From positions 1 to 42,727 of IMG/VR virus record IMGVR_UViG_3300005288_000008: a stretch of 42,727 nt of DNA. One strand, 5' to 3'. The notes under the pieces are model-generated. The model searched no databases. It was not told the origin of the DNA and was given only the letters and a program-made list of their open reading frames with translations. Origin of the DNA: a virus. Below, one piece after another: positions 1 to 8,044 of the stretch (its first letter is position 1; the number at the start of each line of letters is the position of its first letter). The translations under genes and the position numbers were made by a program.

Positions 1-90
1 CAGTTTTTCCTTTCCCGAAGAACCGGCCAAAAATGGTTTTAAGCCATTCAGGCCACGTCCCAGTTTGAAAGGCCTCAACAACGCTGATGC
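1..90. repeat. Left copy of exact 90-bp end duplication (identical to 42638-42727)
   Basis: cagtttttcctttcccgaag...ggcctcaacaacgctgatgc is read at both ends of the window. It lies inside a coding region, so it is most simply the closure overlap of a circular or circularly permuted assembly. Confidence 0.9.
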
Positions 91-379
91 ATAACACGAT
101 GCATAACAGTCCGGCGATGAAGGAAGAAAAGCCAGCGGTTTTCGTCCAGGCCAAAGAAAGCAGCTCAGCAGAACCCATGTAGCCGCCTATCCATCCGACA
201 ATCAAATAGCCGGCGCGTTGCCAGTTGTTGATGTCTTTGGCGAACAGGATAAAAAAGAATGCGCCACCGAAGGCGCCGATTACCGCAGATAGATCCAAGC
301 CAGGGAGCATGCTTGCCAACCCCACACCCGCCGTGCCTACGGCAAGCTGTGTTCCTGCTACTGTGAGGCTGTCTGCCAT
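1..379 (-). CDS. Holin-like small membrane protein (127 aa); gene wraps the window junction, final codon and stop completed at 42633-42638
   Basis: Absent from the ORF track because it runs off the edge. ATG at 379 is preceded by GAGGG. Manual translation: MADSLTVAGTQLAVGTAGVGLASMLPGLDLSAVIGAFGGAFFFILFAKDINNWQRAGYLIVGWIGGYMGSAELLSLAWTKTAGFSSFIAGLLCIVLCISVVEAFQTGTWPEWLKTIFGRFFGKGKTE. Hydrophobic segments plus a basic tail. The stop overlaps the ATG of the 42298-42636 gene (ATGA). Confidence 0.55.
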   Translation of the reverse strand, partial: MADSLTVAGTQLAVGTAGVGLASMLPGLDLSAVIGAFGGAFFFILFAKDINNWQRAGYLIVGWIGGYMGSAELLSLAWTKTAGFSSFIAGLLCIVLCISVVEAFQTGTWPEWLKTIFGRFFGKGKT

Positions 380-390
380 ATTGCCCTCGC

Positions 391-654
391 CTACCATGAT
401 TTAGGGTGCCGCCATTCGGCGCCGGTAAAGAAGCCGTGACCGGCAAAAAGGCAAATTGCCATACCTAGGATTATACACAGTAGAGAGACATGATCCCATT
501 GCCTGGAAGGCTGCTCATCTGGTATGTAGCGGACGCCTTGAATAATCAGGAAAGCCGCCACAAACATGTTCGCGCTAATGTCGCGATGCTGGACGAAATT
601 CCAGATCGCGACGGACAGGCAGAGGAAGCTTATGCAGTTCGGGCGGCTTAGCAC
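391..654 (-). CDS. Small membrane protein (87 aa, about 3 hydrophobic segments), first gene of the lysis cluster
   Basis: ORF track. GTG start with AAGGA about 9 nt upstream. Hydrophobic stretches CISFLCLSVAIWNFV, MFVAAFLIIQGV and VSLLCIILGMAICLFAG. 11 nt from the next start. Confidence 0.45.
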   Translation of the reverse strand: MLSRPNCISFLCLSVAIWNFVQHRDISANMFVAAFLIIQGVRYIPDEQPSRQWDHVSLLCIILGMAICLFAGHGFFTGAEWRHPKSW

Positions 655-679
655 TATGTCGATCCTTGGCGAGGTTGTC

Positions 680-699
680 GCGCCACCATCAGGTGGCGC
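680..699 (-). other. Perfect 8-bp stem / 4-nt loop hairpin (GCGCCACC-ATCA-GGTGGCGC) between fibre chaperone and lysis genes
   Basis: Read directly. No U-run follows on the coding (minus) strand, so it is not a canonical intrinsic terminator there. Confidence 0.5.
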
Positions 700-749
700 T
701 TTGGCATTATCGTCAGGATAACACTTATTGAGGATATGTGACTTTCCTG

Positions 750-1115
750 TTAGGCATCGCCGAGAGCGGAAAGCTCAGCTCTTATTTCAATTGCTCGAAG
801 CTCCTTAGCTTCAAGATCTGCCCTCTCAGGAGTCCCGACACCGACATTAGGCTCCGCTACAAGCATCGCCCGAAGCGGGCGTGTGCTTTCACGGTCAATT
901 TGTTCAAGTTCGGCATAAAGCGCCGGCCTTGGGTCGGGTATGTAAGGAGGTGGCGCGGTGAAATTCGCGCCATCATAGCTCCAGCCTTGCTCGGGTTGTG
1001 GATCAAGGTTGGTGATTTCCACCCAGATAAGAATCGGCGGAAACATCTGCGTTATATCGCCATCAGTCTCGAAAAGCTCCATTACCAGACCGTTGTCTAT
1101 GCGTGCGTACTTCAT
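750..1115 (-). CDS. Tail fibre assembly/chaperone-like protein (121 aa)
   Basis: ORF track. Start overlaps the fibre gene stop by 4 nt. Small acidic protein immediately downstream of the fibre gene, the classical chaperone position. No diagnostic motif. Confidence 0.4.
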   Translation of the reverse strand: MKYARIDNGLVMELFETDGDITQMFPPILIWVEITNLDPQPEQGWSYDGANFTAPPPYIPDPRPALYAELEQIDRESTRPLRAMLVAEPNVGVGTPERADLEAKELRAIEIRAELSALGDA

Positions 1116-2131
1116 GCGAATTCCTCCACTATAACCAATCCTGCCGCGCCTGCTCCGCCTGATCTTCCACCTGGAATGCTTGGCCCAGACAACGCCCCGC
1201 TACCGCCTGATCCTGGCGTTGTAGCTGCAAACCCGGCTGTCGAACTGGCCGGCGCGCCGCCGCCAAAAGCTGAAGCCCCGCCATAACCGCTAATCCCATT
1301 GATCGAACTCATGTTGAGTCCTGACCCGCCCTGCCCTCCTACTGCGTTTACCAGAGAGCCGCCTGATCCAGATCCGCCTATTGCTGACACAGCTGTAATA
1401 TTTGGGAATGAGCTAATGGCCACTCCAGCATTGCCCCCGGTTCCACCCGTAGCGAGAATAATAGAGCCAAAGGACGACGTGCCACCTGTGCCGCCAGCAG
1501 CGAACCCGGCTGCGCTTGCTGCTCCAGCAGCACCTACAGTGATCGCTGTAGCAGTTATTCCTGAAGTGATATAACCGACTGAATATCCGCCGCCAGCACC
1601 CCCACAACCAATACTCTGCTGCCCGGCTGCGGTTGCTCCGGATCCGCCTCCGCCTCCGCCACCCCCGAGAACAGTAACGCGAATGCTTTTTGTTCTTGGA
1701 TCTGGCGTATAGGTGCCGTTTGCTGAGAACTTCTGCACGCCAATGAGTCGTCCGGATCCGGCCAAACCCCATGCAGCTGGAGACGATGCTGGTGAATTGC
1801 CAAGGTTATTATTTATAAGTGAAGAATACAGGACGCCAGATAAATTACAGAAGCTCCCTATGTGGTATTCCTGGAGAGCGTTGTACTCGGCTACCCCAAC
1901 CTGATGCAGGTAGGCCAGAATTTGCCCGTGCGTATAGGACACCGCATTGAAATCTTGGAGTGTAGGCTGGTCAGAAGGCCCTACAATGCCCCAGCCACGC
2001 AGAAATTGAGGCGTGAATTGGCTGGTGATGTCGTTAGCCTGAGTTACCTGGCCGAAAATAGTCCGCTCGGTGCCGAGAGAGCTTGAAGCGAACGGAACAA
2101 GGTTACCGTTATACCTTACAATTTTTGCCAT
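1112..2131 (-). CDS. Tail fibre protein with glycine-rich C-terminal domain
   Basis: ORF track. Last large gene of the baseplate/fibre block. C-terminal half runs IRVTVLGGGGGGGGSG...GGTGGTS...GGSGSGG...GGAGAAGLVIVEEF, typical of phage fibre glycine-rich domains. Confidence 0.65.
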   Translation of the reverse strand: MAKIVRYNGNLVPFASSSLGTERTIFGQVTQANDITSQFTPQFLRGWGIVGPSDQPTLQDFNAVSYTHGQILAYLHQVGVAEYNALQEYHIGSFCNLSGVLYSSLINNNLGNSPASSPAAWGLAGSGRLIGVQKFSANGTYTPDPRTKSIRVTVLGGGGGGGGSGATAAGQQSIGCGGAGGGYSVGYITSGITATAITVGAAGAASAAGFAAGGTGGTSSFGSIILATGGTGGNAGVAISSFPNITAVSAIGGSGSGGSLVNAVGGQGGSGLNMSSINGISGYGGASAFGGGAPASSTAGFAATTPGSGGSGALSGPSIPGGRSGGAGAAGLVIVEEFA

Positions 2132-2847
2132 TAGATCACCTTCCTAGCCAGGTAGCCGCCCTGACGCAACGGATCAAATTTGTCAGCGAAGCCGCGAGCT
2201 GACGGGTTAATAGAGAAGCCGAACGATTCATCCGGGGCTGCCTGAATGACAACCTTGTATCGAACCGCTTGAGGTTTAGGCAGAAGATTGAGCGCTTGTA
2301 TCAATCGCAGCCGATCAGAGCTGACCGCCGGAGATACATACAGCGTCAAGGTCATATCGAGATTATCGACGACGTAGGCCTGGCCTTCAAATGCCCACAA
2401 AACTACATCCTGAATGCTTATGTATTGGTCGCTTGACACGTATCCGGATGCTCGGTTTTTGGCCGCCTTCACGCGAATAAAAAACCGATAGTCATTATCG
2501 TTTAACTGGAGGTCGGTAAAAGCAGACGAGAACCTGTCGAAGAATGGGCCGCCAACACGAAGCGCGTTGAACCGATCAGCAAACCCCTCGTTTGCAGGGT
2601 TGATACTGAAGCCGAAGTAAACCTTGGCGATAACTTCCGGGACTGATCGACTGATACCGACAATTCTGCCCAGGACATCGAGCTGGGCACCTACTGCATT
2701 ATCCAAGTCAAATGCAGGGTCAAGCGCATCAAGAAAGGCGCGAGTGGTTTCCCACGTGGAAGCCTGAAGCCCGATCTCGGATTTCGCCTTTGGCTTCTCC
2801 CAATACTGCTTGATCAGCAGATTGACGGTTTCGTCGACCAAGGCCAT
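2131..2847 (-). CDS. Baseplate/fibre-associated protein (DUF2612-like), contains an internal duplicated motif
   Basis: ORF track. Sits between the baseplate J-like gene and the fibre gene. FGFSINPANEGFADRFNALRVGGPFF and FGFSINPSARGFADKFDPLRQGGYL occur about 130 residues apart. Confidence 0.5.
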   Translation of the reverse strand: MALVDETVNLLIKQYWEKPKAKSEIGLQASTWETTRAFLDALDPAFDLDNAVGAQLDVLGRIVGISRSVPEVIAKVYFGFSINPANEGFADRFNALRVGGPFFDRFSSAFTDLQLNDNDYRFFIRVKAAKNRASGYVSSDQYISIQDVVLWAFEGQAYVVDNLDMTLTLYVSPAVSSDRLRLIQALNLLPKPQAVRYKVVIQAAPDESFGFSINPSARGFADKFDPLRQGGYLARKVI

Positions 2848-4025
2848 CAGACCACCTCGCTTACAGTGATGTTCGCCACGTCGATTTCAAACTTTGCGCC
2901 AGGATCGGGCGACAAGCTGCCGTCAGTGAAGGTGATGTTATCATCACTGATCTTCATGAGCGTCAAAATGAAGTCGTCACCAGCGGTGTAAGCTGGGCAG
3001 TACAAGGCCGACGCCTCTAGAGGTGTGCCGATGTAGAACTTGTAGGCGGCAATTTTCTGCTTGAGTAGCGCGATATCGACAGGTACAAGCGGGTTTCTGC
3101 GAGTAGCCGTGACCGTGACGTAAATCGGAACCATGACTGGCCGGTCAAAGCGACGGATCTGGTAAACAACGAAGGTGCTGCCGTCTGGACGAGTCAGGGT
3201 CTCAGGAATGTTCGCCTCGATTGCACCTTTGATGCCGGCCCCGCCAGTCTTCTGGAAAAGCAGCACCTGCATGATGTCATCAATGGTTCCGCCCTCGACT
3301 ACCGGCCAGATGCTATGCGCGTCCAGGTCGCTGATCGGGTCGTAAACATCGGAATCATTGTCGTAAACGCGAGCATCTGTCACGCCGGCAGTGTTCAGCA
3401 AGCGCGCAGCCAATGAGTTGGTCGTAGAAAACGCCGGATTCTCAAGGCTGAGGTTGCGCTTCTGGACGAACTCTTCGTCGGTCTCTTCGTCCTTGCCTGG
3501 CTCGGCGTCAACCGCAGCCGTGAAGCCCGTTACGCCGAGGACTACCGTAACTGGCGTGAATACAGCGCCTGCCAAGCCAGTTACCGAGCCGAAGTCAGTC
3601 GCCTGAAAGGTAATCGCAGACACGCCAATCGGCAGAATTACCGGCGCCGGCAGTTCCCAGAGCTGGCCAAGATCATCAGATATTTGATATCCGGTAGGCA
3701 GTGTCAGAATACGAGTCGTAACGACCGATAGATCCCAGAACGACCGAGTCGCAGGGCGCGGGAATACACCGGAGAGTTTAGCGATTTTCGCCTGGAAGAT
3801 GCCGCGTGCGAAGTCCGGGTCGAAGTTGTTGGCGATCCAAAGCCCGAACGCCTGCATGTCGGCTCGAGACTTGGCCTCAATTGCCACACGCTGACCATCA
3901 GGGCTTTCCTGATTGAGATTGATGTCGACGCCATAGATCGCTTGATAGCCCGCCACAAGCTCAGCAAAGATCTCATCAAAGCTCTGGATCGTTATGCCGC
4001 TGGCGTCAATCGTCGGGCCTGCCAT
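2847..4025 (-). CDS. Baseplate J-like wedge protein (392 aa)
   Basis: ORF track. Size and position follow a gp25/W-like gene, with start/stop overlaps to both neighbours. Typical myovirus baseplate order. Confidence 0.65.
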   Translation of the reverse strand: MAGPTIDASGITIQSFDEIFAELVAGYQAIYGVDINLNQESPDGQRVAIEAKSRADMQAFGLWIANNFDPDFARGIFQAKIAKLSGVFPRPATRSFWDLSVVTTRILTLPTGYQISDDLGQLWELPAPVILPIGVSAITFQATDFGSVTGLAGAVFTPVTVVLGVTGFTAAVDAEPGKDEETDEEFVQKRNLSLENPAFSTTNSLAARLLNTAGVTDARVYDNDSDVYDPISDLDAHSIWPVVEGGTIDDIMQVLLFQKTGGAGIKGAIEANIPETLTRPDGSTFVVYQIRRFDRPVMVPIYVTVTATRRNPLVPVDIALLKQKIAAYKFYIGTPLEASALYCPAYTAGDDFILTLMKISDDNITFTDGSLSPDPGAKFEIDVANITVSEVV

Positions 4026-4378
4026 CAGATGGTTATCTCTTCGTTGAATTCGTCGTCAAAAATCGTGCCAAACGCAAGCATTATAGTTGCATTGCGAGTG
4101 CTTGTCTTGACCTCAATTTCCAGTTTGGAGATGGTGGTAACTCCGTCAGTAGACAGGGTTACCCGCTCGACGGCGCGAAGTATTTCTTCCTTTGTATCTC
4201 GGCGCCCGAGCAGGTCGATCCAGTCGATATTAGCGTCAACATCAAGGAAAAAATCAGTGCGGAATGATTTTAGGCGCGTGACAACGTTCTGGCGGATTGC
4301 GTCGCCACGAGAAATGTAGACGGAAAGTCCTCGGCCAAACCGCCAATCACCATCTTCATCAAGTCCTGATACGCGCAT
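4025..4378 (-). CDS. Small baseplate wedge protein (gp25/GpW-like by size and position)
   Basis: ORF track. 117 aa, directly upstream of the J-like gene with an overlapping stop/start. Confidence 0.5.
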   Translation of the reverse strand: MRVSGLDEDGDWRFGRGLSVYISRGDAIRQNVVTRLKSFRTDFFLDVDANIDWIDLLGRRDTKEEILRAVERVTLSTDGVTTISKLEIEVKTSTRNATIMLAFGTIFDDEFNEEITI

Positions 4379-4416
4379 GTGGTCACCTGCAAGAGCTATG
4401 CCAGCATCTTACATCA

Positions 4417-5022
4417 TCATGCGACGTTTGTGATGAGTCCTGCGATAACCGTTACCGTGCGACTGTCACCCGTTGCAAATGTTCCAGTCCAGCCAGGTAT
4501 GCCGCCGACAGAATAGGTCGTTGAGTCGGTGTTTAGCGAGACATCAAGCGCGCCGATCAGAGTGTAGTTGCCCGTATGGATGTAATCTCCAGTTACCGTA
4601 GAGTCACCAAATCGCTCGATGGTTGCGGGGATGGTCTTCGCCATGGACGCTGGGGATACGCCGACCAGTGCAAAGCAGTCGCTGTAATCGTGCATACGCT
4701 GTTCGATTGGCGGCACGTTATCTGCGCCGCCATACCATCGGTCGAAGCAGCGTTCGCTGACCAGCAGGAGGCAGTAGTCGCCGACCGCCAGAGGATGCGC
4801 GTCGTAGCTGGTGCCGCCACTGAGGAACACTGGCGGCACTGATGGGAATACTGGGAGCTGAACTGCGGCGCCATCGACTACGCGCTGAATGACTGGCTGA
4901 CAATCAATGGTGACTGATCCAACAGCAGTAATCTTGGCGACGACGATAGTGTGGGTATTCGCCAGCGCCGTGAGAATGCCGTCGTTCATTACATCCGTTA
5001 GCTCTTCTTTCTTGTCGGTCAT
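4417..5022 (-). CDS. Baseplate central spike/hub component (Gp138 N-terminal-like)
   Basis: ORF track. 201 aa. The VAKITAVGSVTIDCQPVIQR...LPVFPSVPPVF pattern resembles the OB-fold spike N-domain. Sits between the hub and wedge genes. Confidence 0.45.
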   Translation of the reverse strand: MTDKKEELTDVMNDGILTALANTHTIVVAKITAVGSVTIDCQPVIQRVVDGAAVQLPVFPSVPPVFLSGGTSYDAHPLAVGDYCLLLVSERCFDRWYGGADNVPPIEQRMHDYSDCFALVGVSPASMAKTIPATIERFGDSTVTGDYIHTGNYTLIGALDVSLNTDSTTYSVGGIPGWTGTFATGDSRTVTVIAGLITNVA

Positions 5023-5903
5023 CTCGGCACCACATAGTTTTCGGCAATTTCACCGGTAACGCGCTGATACCAGTCGCTCCCGTCGAAGTCGCCACTGTAC
5101 GTGATAAGGCTGCACTTGTAGATGCCGTTGCGGTGCGGCGCCGTGACTGAGATCAACTGATACAGCCCGCCAACCTTGATCGACGGATTCAGGAATGTGT
5201 TGATCGTCACCTCTTTCTTGTCGGCCTCGGGCGTATTGATCAGGCCAGTTTCAGCGCTAACCACCGGAATATATCCAGACACGACCTCATTGCCGCCAAG
5301 GATGTTCAGGCGCTCATCATCAATGAACCAGCGCTGATCGGGGTCAAGCATGTCCTGGATGGTTTGCATTGAGTTCCCGACCAACACCTTTGGGCGACTG
5401 ATGTCAGCCTGGGCGCCGATCTTGCCTTTCTTGGTGTTCGGCATGGTGCCAAGCACCGCATCAATGGCAGCGGCCTTGCTGGTTACTGAGGTGGCGACGA
5501 AGCCTCGCAGGAAGTCTTCGCCGCCATCCATGGCTGAGATGGTCGTGACGAACTGGCCGTCATTCTCGCGAACGCTGCCGGCCTCGTCGATGGATCCGCG
5601 AAAGATAGTTTCCAGTCGGCCTTCGTAACCGATCTCCAGTAGCACAGGGAAATAACCCTTATTCTGATTGGAGGTCGGCTTGTCTTTGCCGTCCTTGTCC
5701 TTCTCGGGTTTCTCGTCGGGGTCGCGCACAAGTCGGCGCCGCTTGTCCTCATTCAGGCCGTCAATCTTGATCGTGGCCTTGTTGAGATCGGCCTTGTCCG
5801 ACTTATCCACGCTGAAGCGAATACGGAATGGAGGCAGAATGGTGACGGCCTGCGAGCCAATCCCGATTGTTAGGCGATAGTCTCGCAGGAATCTGTCGAC
5901 CAT
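5019..5903 (-). CDS. Baseplate hub / tail-associated protein (294 aa)
   Basis: ORF track. Overlaps the downstream spike gene by 4 nt. Called on synteny only. Confidence 0.4.
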   Translation of the reverse strand: MVDRFLRDYRLTIGIGSQAVTILPPFRIRFSVDKSDKADLNKATIKIDGLNEDKRRRLVRDPDEKPEKDKDGKDKPTSNQNKGYFPVLLEIGYEGRLETIFRGSIDEAGSVRENDGQFVTTISAMDGGEDFLRGFVATSVTSKAAAIDAVLGTMPNTKKGKIGAQADISRPKVLVGNSMQTIQDMLDPDQRWFIDDERLNILGGNEVVSGYIPVVSAETGLINTPEADKKEVTINTFLNPSIKVGGLYQLISVTAPHRNGIYKCSLITYSGDFDGSDWYQRVTGEIAENYVVPR

Positions 5904-5906
5904 TTC

Positions 5907-6104
5907 TTATACCTTTTTGCAGCAAATAATGATTTTGTCGATTGCCGCAGCAGTCACCGCGCAACACTCAAGGCCAAGCAGAAAAAGCTCTTCTACCTTC
6001 TCCAGCTCAATCCATCCTTGGTTCAGCTCGACAGTTACGAAGTTCGGCGTTTGCTCGGCTACCTTTGCCCATGACGGCAAATCGGAATCTTCCACGTATT
6101 TCAT
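5907..6104 (-). CDS. Hypothetical protein (65 aa), last gene of accessory cassette
   Basis: ORF track. Stop is 3 nt before the baseplate hub start. No recognisable motif. Confidence 0.45.
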   Translation of the reverse strand: MKYVEDSDLPSWAKVAEQTPNFVTVELNQGWIELEKVEELFLLGLECCAVTAAAIDKIIICCKKV

Positions 6105-6155
6105 TTCAGCGCTTCCCGAGGTTGCGGAGGTGGATGAGCATGTAGAGGGTGGCGA

Positions 6156-6800
6156 TCATTCCTCACCCTCCACGATTTCGAATTTGCGGTAGCCGGCGTC
6201 GTAGATGCGCGCAGCCTCACCGCGGTTGATACAGGTAACCCTGACCAAGTCGTCAATCGCCTTGGTTCGTTCTTCCGCCGCGATCTGATCAGGCGTGCGG
6301 ATTGGGCGCAGCATATCTGGAATGATTGTTCCGCAAAAGTGTCGGCCCTCTACGCACACGACAGCTACATCATGCCCCCCAAAATTTGCACAACCACCTA
6401 CAAGCATGCGCGTACCCGCTGGAAATTCTTCAAGGCGCGCGCCTTCCGTGAATTTGCTTGCAGACTTCAGCTCGCACACTATCCCGACCGGCGGCAGGCC
6501 TTCGCCGTTCCACTCAACAACCTTCGGCGCCTTCAGCGCATCAACTGCGGCCTGCCATTCGGCTCGGGTGACGATGGCGGTGGCGCAGTCTTCTGCAACC
6601 TCAAAGAGTAAGTCGCCACCCGTCCAATGCGAGCGATTCCAATTGCTACCGTTAAATTGAATTATGTTGGGACTTTCTTGTGGGTCAAGAGTAACCAGCA
6701 TGCCGTCGCGATCTTGAGCGACAAAAAGCGCCGCGCTATTGCCAAGGTTATTATCAGGCCACACCTTCAACTCCCGCGCCAAAATATCAACCAGTTTCAT
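6156..6800 (-). CDS. Hypothetical protein (214 aa), accessory cassette
   Basis: ORF track. 4-nt overlap with the upstream gene. C-terminal IAAEERTKAIDDL...AARIYDAGYRK resembles motifs seen in prophage accessory ORFs. Function unknown. Confidence 0.55.
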   Translation of the reverse strand: MKLVDILARELKVWPDNNLGNSAALFVAQDRDGMLVTLDPQESPNIIQFNGSNWNRSHWTGGDLLFEVAEDCATAIVTRAEWQAAVDALKAPKVVEWNGEGLPPVGIVCELKSASKFTEGARLEEFPAGTRMLVGGCANFGGHDVAVVCVEGRHFCGTIIPDMLRPIRTPDQIAAEERTKAIDDLVRVTCINRGEAARIYDAGYRKFEIVEGEE

Positions 6801-7303
6801 GCCGCACCGCCTTGCTTGAAGCCGGCAGCGAATACGGATGGATCAACATTGAAGCCCTTGATACCCGACACGCGCATCTCCAGCTCTTGTCGACGCTCAC
6901 AAGCCGCATCAACCGCCCGACGAAACGCCAACGGATCACGGACCCCTTTCATCACCGCATCATTCCCGCCGGTGCCCGAGATGATCACGTCGCCATAACC
7001 GAAGATGCGGCCCAGCATGCCCTGCTTGACCGATACCGATTCAACCTTGGCCAGCCGGATCTCAGCCGTATCACGCACGATCACGCCGGACTTGCGAATC
7101 ACTCGCTTGCTGGTAATGCCCATCTCGGTGCTGCGGATCTTCAGGTATGCGTACAACAGCAATGCAGCGCTGATCGGCAGGCAGATGATCGACACGCCGA
7201 AGATGACGGCGGCGCAGTAGATGTGGAACAGCGACCACTTGGAGATTTTGCCCTCGGCGAGCAGGGTTTCGTCGGCGGCGAGGGTTTGAGTGATGTAGGT
7301 CAT
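6797..7303 (-). CDS. Membrane-anchored bacterial PH-domain protein (bPH_2 / YdbS-YdbT-like), 168 aa
   Basis: ORF track. A hydrophobic hairpin (LFHIYCAAVIFGVSIICLPISAALLLYAYL) is followed by GITSKRVIRKSGVIVRDTAEIRLAKVESVSVKQGMLGRIFGYGDVIISG, the usual bPH layout. Confidence 0.6.
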   Translation of the reverse strand: MTYITQTLAADETLLAEGKISKWSLFHIYCAAVIFGVSIICLPISAALLLYAYLKIRSTEMGITSKRVIRKSGVIVRDTAEIRLAKVESVSVKQGMLGRIFGYGDVIISGTGGNDAVMKGVRDPLAFRRAVDAACERRQELEMRVSGIKGFNVDPSVFAAGFKQGGAA

Positions 7304-7638
7304 TTGGATTCTCCTTCGATGCGCTCGATCAGCAGGGCGGCGGCTTCGATTGCCTTTCCTGCAAACTTAGCGCTTACCTCGCCGCCAGTCAGGCATTTAA
7401 CGAGGCAGTCATTTACCTGCTTCAGCGCAGCCAGTAGCTCCGGCGAGGCGGCAATCAAACCGGCATTGGCAAAGTCGACAGGGTCAACCGAATAAATGCC
7501 GGCCAGTGTTGGATCATCATCGTCATCAGACGTATCGAATTTCTCGCGAGTCTGGATACTGATGACCTTTCCTTTGCCAAGAGGCAGATCGTGAACCTCG
7601 GCGAACCAAGGACCTGGAGTATGCTTTGCAGTTGTCAT
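7300..7638 (-). CDS. Hypothetical acidic protein (112 aa) with N-terminal HTPGPW and AASPELLAALK motifs
   Basis: ORF track. First gene after the promoter at 7675-7703. Motif pair is common in prophage accessory ORFs of unknown function. Confidence 0.55.
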   Translation of the reverse strand: MTTAKHTPGPWFAEVHDLPLGKGKVISIQTREKFDTSDDDDDPTLAGIYSVDPVDFANAGLIAASPELLAALKQVNDCLVKCLTGGEVSAKFAGKAIEAAALLIERIEGESK

Positions 7639-7674
7639 AACGGTATCCCTATAAGCGCGTCATTGCGCAAACGA

Positions 7675-7703
7675 ATAATCGACTAGGATAATCATTATGT
7701 CAA
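7675..7703 (-). promoter_or_regulatory. Promoter cassette P1: TTGACA-TAATGATTATCCTAGTC-GATTAT
   Basis: -35 at 7698-7703 and -10 at 7675-7680, 17-bp spacer. Member of the TTGACATA(G/A)T(T/G)ATTAT family. The TGA stop of 7700-8041 lies inside the -35. Confidence 0.6.
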
Positions 7704-8041
7704 GTCGGAACTTCCAATCCCCTGCGCTCCTGCATTTCTTCGGCGGTCACGAAATACAGCTCGCACCGCCCCTCGCTGAAATCTCCCAGCCTAAACGGCG
7801 CCAGGCCACTTGAATCCGTGGTCACGCAAAAGAAGTCAAACGGCCAGTTCAGCGCCTGGATATGCAGGCACCCTAGGCTCAGCATGAAGCCGTTATAGGT
7901 CACATTCCGCCAGCTCACATTGAACGACCAGAACTGCGAAACCTGATAAAAATTCAGCGTCAGTACGATCTCTTCGTCATCGACCAGCAGCACATGACGC
8001 TGACTCGGCTCATCGGTGATATTGATTATCTGAAACGCCAT
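7700..8041 (-). CDS. Tail/baseplate-associated protein (113 aa)
   Basis: ORF track. Follows the 258-aa tail protein downstream of the tape measure. Synteny only. Confidence 0.45.
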   Translation of the reverse strand: MAFQIINITDEPSQRHVLLVDDEEIVLTLNFYQVSQFWSFNVSWRNVTYNGFMLSLGCLHIQALNWPFDFFCVTTDSSGLAPFRLGDFSEGRCELYFVTAEEMQERRGLEVPT

Positions 8042-8044
8042 CCG

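Noticed and set aside
165-446. Minus-strand 93-aa Arg-rich ORF 165-446
   Set aside because: It is an alternative frame of the holin-like gene (ATG 379). The composition (R/G/C-rich) is not protein-like, and the in-frame membrane protein explains the region better.
738-1574. Plus-strand proline-rich ORFs 738-1286 and 1299-1574
   Set aside because: They are the antisense reading of the glycine-rich (GGN) fibre gene and of the fibre chaperone. They have no ribosome-binding sites and low-complexity Pro/Ala composition.
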